Shown here: one piece after another, positions 1-12,000 of the stretch
Layout of the letters: each line of letters begins with the position of its first letter
Position numbering within the stretch: the stretch's first letter is position 1
Source: Trichosphaerium sp. ATCC 40318
Lineage: Eukaryota; Protista; Tubulinea
DNA: 64,000 nt
Direction of reading: 5' to 3'
Assembly: GCA_038496445.1 (NCBI GenBank)
Contig: JALMLS010000397.1
Location: 328,590-392,589 of the forward strand
Made by a program: the position numbers and the translations under genes
Notes under the pieces: model-generated
What the model saw: the letters and a program-made list of their open reading frames with translations, nothing else
Told to the model about the DNA's origin: nothing
The model's database searches: none

Positions 1-1383
1 GTATTTAACCAAGTATTGTTTGCAGTAGAGAAGCGACCAAGAGAGAAGCCATCTACGTCATGTCAATAGGTATTCAGTGACAACAAAAAAGTAATCGAGT
101 TGTTTGTTCGGGTTGGAAGTAAAGTAGGCAAAGAAGCCTAAATAAGAAGTTGTAACTTGAAAGCGCTTCCCAATGCAATAGGCCGTTTTTTAAAAAGCGG
201 TTGGTTGAAAAAAGTGGTTTGGTACAATTGGGAGGTTTTTGGGTATTGTAATGTGTTGTTGCGCTACGTACCAAGGTTTCTAACACCAACTTGCGCGAAG
301 GATCCGATACCAGTGTGAAGGATTACGTCGTTAGAATCTATCGCAGCTTCTACCAGGCAGAAAAATCCTACCAGGCACTGCACAAACGGGTTAGAGCCGA
401 AGAAAAAGTCACGAAACCGGTTAAAAACCGCATTCTGAGCAACATAAGCGTACCAAAATTATTGCCGAGGTAGATAAGGTCATTTCAAGGTATGTTTAAC
501 AAAGCAAAAAATTGTATCTTAACACTGCATTAAGCAAACTTTCGACTAATTTGGATGTTTTTCTCAAACAAAATTACTTCTTTCAAAATGCTGTAAGTTA
601 TTTGTACGTTCCCCAAAAGCACGTAGGTATTATTTATGCAACTCAACGTAAATAATGAGGCACGTTAAGACGTGTACAATAGCACCAGTGCTAGCACTGC
701 AACGCAATGATTTCATATTAGAAACAGAAATTAAAGGCGACGAAAACGTTCTTTGCGCTGGAGCAAAGTGAGAAAAGTTATTGGGTCATTTTTTTATTTA
801 CTGGTTCTATTTTGCATAAATAACTCACTGTTGAAAAACTTCATCCTGCAAAGGTAAACAAAAAAGGGTATGGTGCCAGATAGCGTCAACTAAGACTCCG
901 TTTTGGTCGGAAGAATCACACGTGATACAGTAGTGATTTGACCGTAAAATATGACAACAATTAAAGCATCACATGCTTTTATACTGATTGCCAGTGGTCC
1001 GTGTTGTCCGTACTAAATTCACATGCTAAAACGCGTACACATGCTTGATCATAAAAGGAAAAGACGCTCCGGGCACTCTCTGAGATGCTTCCTTGATGCC
1101 CACGTGTTTTTTGTTAGGTCATGCAAATTCTTGAATGGCAAACAATGAAAAAATACGTTGAGTAACTCCTCGGAGCACTCTAGAGCGAACACTATTAACT
1201 GTCCGAGGACTTTAAACTGCGAACTAGTGTTTATAGATGAAAATTGCCTGAATAAAGTCTAAATCACGTTTTGGGCTTCGTACTACTATAAAGTTGACAC
1301 ACCAACAAAATCCAGACACATGTGTTCCCTAAATTACTATAAGTACCGGAACGTCGCAACGGCAGAAATCTAGATTTAGTAAA

Positions 1384-2085
1384 ATGACCAGTGATTATGC
1401 ACCAACTACAATACAAGTGTTACAGATTGTTGAGAATTTACACAAAAGCCTTGATGGTGTAAGCCACGATTTATCCAGTTGCAAGCAACAGATGATAGAG
1501 AACAAGAGAAAGAATGCTTACTTGGAGCATCAGTTGAGCTTGTCAGGTATGTGTTAATAACATATAACGCTTCAGAATGACGTTATAGTTCCATCAACAC
1601 ACGTGCTTATTTTTTTTCCTTTTAGAGGGATTTATCCTATTGGTTAATATTAATACTCTCATGCTCCTCAACGAGTTCGTAGATAAATTTCTTTATTGGA
1701 GCGGCGCTTATGAGCGCGATCCTAACCTTAGCGTCACATCATTTGTATCACCGGAGTACGTGGTGAATAGTTTGGTTTTTTTTTCTTACACTCCTCGCAA
1801 ATTGTACCAAAACTCATCATATTGTAGCTGTCAGAGCGCTGTTCACCTACTATTCAATAAGTTTAACGAAGCACGAAACAAACATGGATTAATTGCACAA
1901 CTTGATACAAGGATTAAAGTTGTTGATAGGTATGGAGAATTACATCAGGTACGTTGTTAAAAAAACACACAAAAAACGAAAGAAAAAATCCTTGAAGAAT
2001 CAGGCGTTAATAACGGGTTTAGGTTAAACTACGACTTGCTGCTACACACGTGCCCAACGTTGCTAGAATGAAATTGGTGCGATAA
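1384..2085 (+). CDS. Small coiled-coil + PAS-like domain protein (4 exons)
   Basis: ATG at 1384. Three GT-AG introns (donors gtatgt, gtacgt, gtacgt) join in frame to MTSDYAP..LSSCKQQMIENKRKNAYLEHQL..EGFILLVNINTLMLLNEFVDKFLYWSGAY..SVTSFVSPDCQSAVHLLF..LDTRIKVVDRYGELHQVKLRL. The pattern resembles a PAS fold. The 3' end is uncertain. Confidence 0.5.
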
Positions 2086-3400
2086 ACCTTTCTATGGTGA
2101 CATTTCGCTTTGGTACCCTTTTTTTTTACCAAGCACTGTATGCGAGCGCATGCAATGTACAGATAGACCTGCGAGTCTAACAACTTTAACCAAAAAAAGT
2201 TGAGTGTAAAATATTTATTAAAATAAAAACGGATCTGAGGATCTCAACCCATCTACTAATGCCCAACATGATTCTACACATAAAAACAAGGCCTCCACTT
2301 GCGGGTTTTTAAACTATAAACTTCCGCTGTGACGTTAGTGGGACAAAATACTGCAAAAAAAAAAAGAACCTGTGAACTAGTTCATTGGCCACTTCACTTC
2401 ACTTGAAACGGTTTCCTTTTTTTTTATTTTCATAACAATGTGGTCTACAGGTATCGTGGGTAGTTTTAACGTACATGATAATAGTGCACATGTGACAATC
2501 GCGCAGTTTCATTTTTTTAAAAACCTCAAAGCTTCTTTCAGGCGCACGGATTCGTTTACGTGGTGGTGTTACCTCATACGATTGTCCCCAGTGTTACATT
2601 ATAATCATTGAATGCTCCGCAAGCCACTGCTGATGTTAAAAAAGCACTACGGGCTATAGCAACATCAATACATACTTGCGTTGTTTGACATTTCTTTGAG
2701 AATCTTCCGCTTCTCAAACAATCGTTGTGTTCGTGATACCTAGGGTATTTGCGTGAGTGGTAAACGAATAGGGCGACGGTAGTGCTTCTAATGTATCGTT
2801 GACGTGCGAGATAAAACAAAGGCTTTGTATTATCGCCACAAGTATCGATTCCACGTGGAGAGCTACTACAGAAACAATGTTGTGTCCACAAATGTCGAAG
2901 TATATTGTCTTATTTGGCCGTAACTGTTTCTCCTAGCAATGCCCTGTATGTTTTCTATGGGCATGTTAAATAATAGTGCGAGACAATACACGTCAGATAA
3001 TGTTGTACAAAAAAATCTTGAACACTCTGAGAAAAACAAAGAAAAAGAGTAAACTCAAGGAAACTTATTAATACGAATTAATATACTTTAAGACGTATAT
3101 AAGCGTAAGAATATCCATTAAAATTACATAGGTTTTTTACGTGAGTTATACTCTAGTAAGTACGCACGTGCGTGTATTCATGATAAACAAAACGACCAAC
3201 TGGGAATTCCCAAACTTTAACAACATTTAGGTGTAGTTTGTCAATTGTTACTACCTTCACAAAATACAAAGTCTCGGCATGTATCACCAATAAACATAAA
3301 TAACAATATTTGCTCGAGAAAAAAAAAAAAGCATTCGACACGTTAAGTAGGGATGTGTTAAGACAGGAGGCATTTCGCCAAACGACAAAAAAATGCTATC

Positions 3401-5159
3401 ATGGAAAAGGAACCAGCTGATGATAGCCTATTAGATACTGTTCTTCGCCTGGACATTAAAAACACAAATTTCTACGATCTACCACAACTGGAAGTGATTG
3501 TTTCTGAAAACCCCAGTAATGTACATGAGGTACCACGTGATACTCAAAAAAAATAAAAAAAACCCAAAAAACAAAGCGCTAACTCCTTTTTTTATCATTT
3601 AGTTCTTTTTGAAAGTCACGTGGAGGCATTTTACAGATAATCCGTCTCCACAAGTTACTCTAGTTCGAAAATATACTGACTTTCGTGTTCTATACTACAA
3701 CGTACGCCATTTAACGTCAATTATGCGATTTTGAAGTATACAAAGCTTAGAACATCTGTTGCGGATGGCTCATTGGCGTTTCCTGACTTTCCAAGGAGAA
3801 CATTATTCGAACCAAGTAAAGAGGATCAACTGTTCCGTAAAGAGAGCTTTACCGCAATAATAGCGTTTATTACATCAACATGGAAGGCTGTTATTCAGAA
3901 ATCTTTCAGATCTTTTCTTGATGCAAGATACCGTTTACAACTTTTTTTGATTTCTCTAATCTTTTATACAGATTAGTGACTGTGCCTGGTTTGTTGAGAT
4001 AACTTTAGCAGTAACAAGATTATTTCATTTTCAATGTCCAAAAGAAACTACCTTGGAGGCACGTGTCAGCTCCCATGGTTCTATTCAAACGGCTAATTTT
4101 TCTCAGGGAATGAAAGCAATGGGTTCTTGGTTGGCGGGTATAAACGATGATACAGTAAGAACTACGCTGGCAGAAGTATCTCTAACACATCAAATTGATT
4201 ATCGCTCATACATGAGAGAAGCAAAGGCGTTCAGTTTATCATATGGGTACGGTTCTTTTGTTTTTCTTTTTTTTGTTTCAGTTCTTTAACAGTTTTTCAG
4301 AGTGTATCTTTCAAGTATTCGAACAACTCTGTATCAACTTACAAAGGATTTTGAAAGAACTAATATGGCTAACTTATCATCTCATATACTATCATTAACA
4401 CTTGACGTAAACACTGCATTCGATGCTGTGTGTGCACTACTATTAAAACTTAAGACACTAAAAACTTCACTCAAAAATATAAAGGAAAAAGTAGCGATAG
4501 AATTAAAGACATGGAGAGGTGGTAGCGCACGTGATTCAGGGATAAAAATATTCCCGCCAGCATTGCCTCTGGCTTTTGTATCTTTTGCACTATTCCCTGT
4601 AGTTTCACCTCTTTGTGTTGTTTCAAAAAACACAATGGACGCACAAACTGATGATAGCGAGAGCGATATTCTTTGGTCTTTTGCTAAGTTCTCTGAGATT
4701 TCTTTCATGCCTAAATTACAATGTGAACTTGTCTATAATACCTTTTCAGCTACTGTGAATGCTATAGCCGATCAAGCAAAGATATATCGAAGTATAAAAA
4801 AGATGATAAAAGTATTGACAAATCTTATTGAACAGTTTTCTCAATCGGTACTAGTACTTATTCTGTGCGATCCCACTGATTCTTTAAACTTATTTTTAAT
4901 ATAGAACGGATTTCCTAGTAACTGGAAGAATGTTGTAGAAGAGCTAGAAGGTATGACAAACGAATTTTGGGATCCAGTTAAGAGCAAACTGCTCACACCA
5001 AACGGTGCAAAAAAAAAAAGGAAGTCACATGATCTTATTGTTGTAGGATTACCACTTATTTTGAAGAACCTGAAAGACGCATCAAAACTTATGGATAAAT
5101 GTACAGAACCACTTAAACAATGGGACTTTCTCAGAGACAGTGATGAAGAAGATGTGTAG
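3401..5159 (+). CDS. PX (phox homology) domain protein with helical C-terminus (sorting-nexin-like)
   Basis: Spliced N-terminus reads FFLKVTW..VRKYTDFRVLYYNLRTSV..FPDFPRRTLF..FRKESF..FRSFLD, matching the PX signature (RRYSDF..L..L, PxxP, R, FxxFL). ORFs 3731, 4053, 4302 and 4953 are its exons. AATAAA lies just after the stop. Confidence 0.75.
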
Positions 5160-5368
5160 CATTTCTACAATCAAAATAAAATTAATATAAAATCCACTGT
5201 GTAATCCTAAATAGTGCTTCAACACTACGAATACTCAAAACACAAACGCATCAGAAAGACTCTTAAGAGTTGTAGTATTGCCTCTAAGCTAGTTGCGCTT
5301 CTGAAACGTGATCAAATGTGAAACATCTCTTAAGTTGTTCAATACGCCTTAACTTCAGAAGTAGTACA

Positions 5369-6049
5369 ATGGCTCTGTTAGACTTACCATTTGAGCTTCA
5401 TAAAGTCATTTGCTCTCTCGATCCAGATATTTACATCTTGTGGCCTCTTTTAAGTCGTAGGGCAGCACTATCATCAAGATTTGATAGTAGTTTACAGAAA
5501 AATGGTTTATTTGTTAAATATCGCCTCAAAACAATGATAAAAAAGTGTTATTTCGTAAATGGAAAGGCTCATGGGGAAGAGAAGATATGGAACATGCGTG
5601 GGCAGTGCATTTCATTAATCAATTACAAAAACGGAAAAATTGATGGTGATAGATGCACGTGGTATGACAATGGAAAAAGAAAAGCAAAGTTGAATAACAA
5701 TGGCAAAAACTACCGTTGGCATTCAAATGGTCAGGTTGCTACTGAGTGGGAAGAGGATAATGGGAAAGTTGTTGGTCCGCGTATATCATTCAATAGGTCA
5801 GGCTTGGCCATAGAGAAGTTGTTTTTTGTTGAAAGTGCCCTTGAAGGAAAATGCTCTTATTACTATCAAGATGGTAAACTTTTTGGTGAGTCTTACTATA
5901 AGAAAGGTCTTCTTCATGGAAGTGAAAAGCGCTGGTGGCCAAATGGGACCTTGTATACTTACGAGATGTATGTGTATGGTTTCTGTGTTGTACAAGAATC
6001 TAGGACATGGCTAAAAGATGGTACACCAGTAAGACATACAATGTGTTAA
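5369..6049 (+). CDS. F-box-like + MORN2 (YwqK-type) repeat protein, intronless
   Basis: N-terminus MALLDLPFELHKVI is F-box-like. Repeats follow the pattern Y-x-NG-K-x-x-G..WY-x-NG (e.g. NYKNGKIDGDRCTWYDNG, YYKKGLLHGSEKRWWPNG). Single uninterrupted ORF. Confidence 0.8.
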   Translation: MALLDLPFELHKVICSLDPDIYILWPLLSRRAALSSRFDSSLQKNGLFVKYRLKTMIKKCYFVNGKAHGEEKIWNMRGQCISLINYKNGKIDGDRCTWYDNGKRKAKLNNNGKNYRWHSNGQVATEWEEDNGKVVGPRISFNRSGLAIEKLFFVESALEGKCSYYYQDGKLFGESYYKKGLLHGSEKRWWPNGTLYTYEMYVYGFCVVQESRTWLKDGTPVRHTMC

Positions 6050-6276
6050 CGTGTGATTATACAGAAACTGAAGTATGCCTTCCAACAAAAAAAACCGTAG
6101 TTACAAGTTTGTGCAAGCAATTCTTGAATTGTTCAATGGGTAGTGCTTGCTGTGTTCAATATCTTTTACTTAAGTTGACAATTTTTGTATTTTTAGTAGA
6201 GTGTAAAGGCAGCTTCTCTGTCAAGTCGTTCTATGTAACGAACATAAATCACGTGAATTTAATTGGTTTATTTATT

Positions 6277-8355
6277 CTACAAGTTTTTTACTCCCAACTA
6301 AAGAATGTACATGCCTCCGTAGAGTCCTATTGCTAAATTAAATATCACGTTAATATATATTTGTGTGGTACCATTGGGTAGCTCTTTTATCCTTGTTGCA
6401 CAACTTTGTATAGTCCCAAGCGTAATTCGGATACAACAAGTTTAAGCAATACGGATATGATTCTATAACTCCTGAACCACCTAAAGATCGTATATGGTTC
6501 ATATCAATGCGATACCATGAATCTGGCCCAGCAAGTGAGAGTTCTTCCTCGGCAGCTAAGGTCAATAAGTTCGCTGAATTTAAGGTTAAAAAAATTGTTG
6601 TAAGTACATAAAAGAAATGCATGTAGATTCTCGAATTTTCTCCAAAATCCAACAGGCACTTGCCTGTGTAGTTGTTAGCACCAAGTAAATATATGTAATA
6701 CATACTTGAATTTCCAAAATTTCCATGGCTTATCAGGGAAAGCAACACTTAGCACCTCAACTAGTGAACCACATTTTTGTAACATGGCACTACCACCCTC
6801 GTTTATAAAATGCAATGATGAAATACGTGACCACTCATAGAATGTGAATACACGTAGTTTCTCACCCATCGCTTGTAATTTAGCCCGTTGATTATCAATA
6901 TTATACCACGTGCTGTTCGGCGTGCACCTAAATATTTAGTCAAACTTTTCTAAAAAATTAAGTGTACCTAAATCCCCAACTCACGAACCCAAAGGACGGG
7001 TATAAGCCTTGCAAGGTTTCTATAAGTGACTTGTTATTCCTGTTATTTGTATGAGATGTATTATATAGTATTGATTGATTACGTACTTGTAAAATAGTCC
7101 AGAAGCACCCATAGAAGCTACTTGAGTATTCGTAACTTTATACCAATCTTCAAGTACTTTTATATCAAGGTCTTCACCTATTTCGTTTACCATACTATAT
7201 TGGTTATTTACATCGTCTATCCAGGCTGAAGGTAATTTCCTATGAGGACTTAATTGTGCAACTGGTAAATACAAGCTGAACTTACCTGAATCTCCATTTT
7301 TGCCAATTGTAATGTGGATAAATGTGACTAAGCGCAGTAGACAATGAGTCTCTATACCTGAGTACGATACTGGAGTCAGTAAATATGCAATATATGTACT
7401 CACCTATGCATTATACTATCGCCATTGCTTACACAAGCATCCTTACCTGTGAGAGAGTACCACTCAGAGCAAGTCTTTAAATCAAGCATCTTTGCTATTT
7501 TGTTAAATTCTCGCCTTTGATTGTCAATGCTATCCCAGTATTTTACAGAAACACGCCTATAAATCTATTGAGAAACTATGTGGGTGAATGTAAAATATTA
7601 CCCAAACTGCGTAACGTCCCAAGGCCAATCAGGATACACATTCTGTAAAGTTAAGGACAAAGAGTTCTTGAAACTACAAATAAAGTCAAATCTCTGGTGT
7701 TTTTTTGATTTTATGTTTATCATGTGCGTACCGATGTAGTACTGTAGATGCACCATGCGCTCTTAGAAAATGAGTATTTATTACATCATACCACTTATCA
7801 AATGTCTTTATACCAAGCTCTTGAGCACAACGTTCAACTAAAGTCTCTGAATCAATTTGAGCAGATTCTTCATGTTCCCTTTTGGTTTTGTCAGAAACCA
7901 TTTTAACTATACAATATATCGTCGTACTCAAAGCGTACTTTATCCCACTGAACGCATGGATATATAGTTGATAGAGCTTCATACATACTCTCAAAACTAC
8001 GAATGATATAAGAAAATTGGTTGTCTTTGAAGTGTATTTTCTGCGCTTTACTACCATTAAACAACTTACCGCCTGAAGTAAACTCCGCTGGGGCATCTTT
8101 TTAGTCGTTTAAATCGTATAGAATACCAATCATCCATCACTTTGACAAGTAATAAACGCGCCACGTTTTCCATTCTATTCTTCAGACTGAGCCATCGTGG
8201 GTGCGTTATAAATGTTGCTGCAACGCTTCCAACGCTAAATTTCTGTCAAACCATACGTCCCTCAAGCACCGACGCACCTTTTTTTGGTTTTCAAGCTTAT
8301 GTCGTTGGTGAAACTGTAAGTTTTTAAGCGCGTTGTTGAGTGGAAAGATCTGCAT
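6277..8355 (-). CDS. Multi-exon protein with six ~65-aa 'DWY..GG..SL...YP..W..F..P..W...N' repeats; function unknown
   Basis: Spliced repeats: LLVKVMDDWYSI..ESMYEALSTIYPCVQWDKVRF; LGIKTFDKWYDV..NSLSLTLQNVYPDWPWDVTQF; LDLKTCSEWYSL..DSLSTALSHIYPHYNWQKWRF; LDIKVLEDWYKV..KSLIETLQGLYPSFGFVSWGF; LRVFTFYEWSRI..GSLVEVLSVAFPDKPWKFWKF; LAGPDSWYRI..LNLLYPNYAWDYTKL. Ends ..KRATQWTLRRHVHSLVGSKNL*. Confidence 0.8.
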
Positions 8356-9076
8356 TTATCTATTTTATGTCAAATGTCTCGAATATCATGAAGGTACATT
8401 TATTGGAGCTATACAGTACCTTCGACGCTCGACAAAAGTGTATTGCGTTGTTTAGCGTAACATTTTTTAATCTTCGTTTGTAGCATACCAGACAATCTGT
8501 CTTGCGTACCTACAACATGCCATCCACCTTTTCAAGTCAGTACAATAAAGTGGTTTTGTAAAGGTGCTACAAACGTCATACCGCTTGTTTGAAGGTTATT
8601 CTGCTGTTATAGAGCGTAACAACAGAGCTCTTTGTAATGACAACCAAAACAGAAAAGCGGGTTACGGTATGCTTTTTCCGCGTTAGTACACTTGTAGTTG
8701 ACGAGTTTACACTCACTCGGTCACGACAAATTGTTAACGCTGTTAAGTTCATTTCATTGTTGAGAATTTTAACGTTTCAAAAATCGTACGCATCCTACAA
8801 CTGTTAGCGCTGTGGTTGAGTCTTTGATCTTTTACTCCTATTTTCGGCCCTGTACTACTACTCCAGATAAACCAGATCTACCTCACCACGTACGTAAACG
8901 GCGTAATTAATTCTACCATAAACCGAGAGCTACTATCAACAACCAACAATTCTAAACGGTACCAGGTGTTGCTAACTGGCCAAAAAGCCTCGAAACCGAG
9001 TCAATTTTACGAATCTACGGTTACACGGGCAAGAAAAATGATGCAAAACAAAACTGAACAACAAACGGGTTCATCA

Positions 9077-12000
9077 ATGGCTTTTGTAAAAACCAACTCA
9101 ATAGCCCATTCTACACAGCCGTCGGGAATTCCTCCTGTGCCGTATCCTTACACAGCTGGTTCTTTAGCGAGTTTTGTCTGTGAGACTTCCACGTCTTCTC
9201 TGGGCACCACAGTCAACTTTCGTGCGTTCTTTTTTGGCCATGGTGCGTTATAATTGTTTTATCACACCAAACAATATTATTGGGCGTATTGTTATGCTCA
9301 TCAAATGATTTAGACGCCTCAGATGTTGCTCTTGACGATCGTAAAAAACTGGCGGATATTCAAGTACGTATCTATTAACTCAGCTTCACCACTGCGGCCT
9401 TGAGTGCTGCGCGAGCCCTCATGACAGGTTTTATTTTTTTAATTATCAGACGTGTTTAAAAAAACTCAAAGACTCAATTTACGAGTCCCAAACTCGACGC
9501 GAGGGCATTTTGAAGCGTCTCAATTTTTTTTAAATTGTTTGTTTTACAAAAGGTCACCATCAACACAGTTTTTCGTCTTTTCCATTTAAACCTTTTGCTT
9601 TACGCTCTAAATATTTCTTTAGGCGCCCAGTGAACCAAATGACGAAAAACACTTTGACCACACATTCGCTCCGGAAGGGTCATCAAGCTTTATTTCTAAC
9701 CCTGTCAAGTAAGTACCCGAATTTTTTTTAATGAGTAACACTTCAACATACATGTTTTTTCTTGTATTCAAAACCAGACTCCTTTTTTGACTTTCTGTAC
9801 TTGGGCTTGTATGTATGTTCAATAATATTATTTCAGAAAATCAGAATACCTATCAGCCAGACAAGCAGAGTTACCTGGAATGGCATCATGGCACGCAGAT
9901 ACACCTAGTAGTTCAACGTCAGGAGAGTACGTAGGCGGCCAGAGCTCTTCTGACCCTGATAATTATGAACCCGCATTTGACACAAATCAGTGCGTTGAGA
10001 AAAAAAAACCAAAGCAATACATACAAGACCAAAAAGTTCTTTTTCAACTCTACATTCTCATTACAACTTACTATTTCTTAGTAGACGCGGTTCGTTCTAT
10101 CCTCCTGGTTCTGCTTCAAATCCTTTTTCTCTTACACCTTCTCCACCAAAGAGAAAGGCTCGTGGGGTTAGAAGGCGAAACCGGTTTACACGTCGTTCTT
10201 CTGAACCCATAGATGCTTTCAGTCCAAAATTTCAACTGCCACAAGGAAGTGACTTTGCTATAGCTACCAGTAGTAATGGTGAATATGTACAGCATTTACA
10301 AGATGATGATTTAGATCATCCATCACTTGTTCAGGTCGAACAAGGAGAAAATGAGTTCTCAGGATGCCTTGACAGTCAAGTGCGTTTAATTTTATTAACT
10401 TAAAAAAGTCACATTCTTTTTGTGTTGTAATGGTCTCAATCTTTTTAGGCTGATGCTACTTTGTCGAGCTTTTTGCTATCATCTACGCCTGGTAATCAAC
10501 AATTACAATCTAAATTATTGCCTATGCCAAATCAACCTGGAAGAATATCGTCAAAACCTTTCTTTCGCGAAAATAGAAAAGCAAGACGAAAGGGACCACG
10601 TAAAACAAACATAAGGTTCATAATTTTTTTTACAAGTTATTTGGTTGTCTCAGCGTCACTTATCCACTTAGGAGACCTTTACCAGATGAAACAGAATTAC
10701 TGGACTCAGAAAGTAAGAACACATTCGTAGCTACAACATGTAAGGCTGATTTTTTGTTACCCACCGTTTTTTGAATTAATATTTCAAACTAAGTCTTGAA
10801 TTTTTTCAAAATTAATGAATAAAGTTCTTGAAACCACTCACCTTCACGCAGCTGGTACAGAAGAAGATGAATGCGATAGTGACGGCGCAAGTAGACCACA
10901 AAAGTTTGAAGAGAATACAAACGAACGTGACCATTATCCTGAACAACATCACCACAGGGCAGTTAAAAAGCATGAGTATACCCCACCTGCAACTACGCCT
11001 GAAGAGAGGTCGTTAATACGCGAGGTAAGCGGATTTTAACCTTTTTTAAGTAAATTAGAAAAAAAATTTAACGTTAACGATTGAAAGGAACGGAGAAAGC
11101 TTCGGTCGTTCTGGTTGTGTTTAAATGAAAAAGAAAAAGCGAAATTAATACGCTTGGAGAAAACAACAGTATTGAAGAAAATGAAAGAGCAAAATAAGAT
11201 TACTTGCATGTGTAGCGTGTGTGGTAGGCGTAGAATAGCCTTAGAGGTAACGGTTTTTTATTCTTTTTGTTTTGTTTTATTGTTTCTCCTCAATTGGATT
11301 GTAGGAGGAATTAGAATCGTTATATCATACGTACTACGAAGATTTAGAGAGATATACTTCAAATGCCGCAATGGAACTTCAAACAAATGGTTTGTTTTTT
11401 TTCGAATTTTTTTGTACTTTTTGTATCTTTTTTTCTCGATTTTTTATAGTGCTTACTCTTATTGTAGGCGCTTTCAGCCTAGTTGATGAGTTTAAGCATG
11501 ATGGAAAAGATTTTTTAGATATTATAGAACGGCGTGCAGAGCGTCGTATGCGTGCAGTAAGTTAAATAATTTTAAGTATTTTTATTGTTTGAATGCAAGG
11601 AACCAAAATAATTTGTTTTTATGCGCTTGCTTCTGTTACTTAATATTGTATACTATATCGTTTATTGCAATGCGTAAAAAGGGAATTTTAGAGCATTGGC
11701 TGCGAGACAAAAGGTTTTTGTAATTTCTCTGAAAAAACTCACATGTTTTTGTAGATGTCAAAGCGTTTTTCTTTCCGTGCTTCTTGTGTACGACGATATC
11801 GTGAGTCTGATGAAGAAGACTCTTATTCAGAAGATGGTATATGGCACCCATTGCAAGTTGATTTCTAATGATGAATAGATGAAGACTTCATGGCTGATAT
11901 TGAGGAAGAAACTACAGAAGAGCGAGAAGAAGGAAAACGGATATTTCAATTATTTGCTACAAAGTTATTTGAGCAGCGAGTGTTAGCTGCCTTTAGGGAG

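Noticed and set aside
2574-2891. 105-aa minus-strand ORF
   Set aside because: Non-ATG start, no recognisable motif, and no consistent spliced model could be built.
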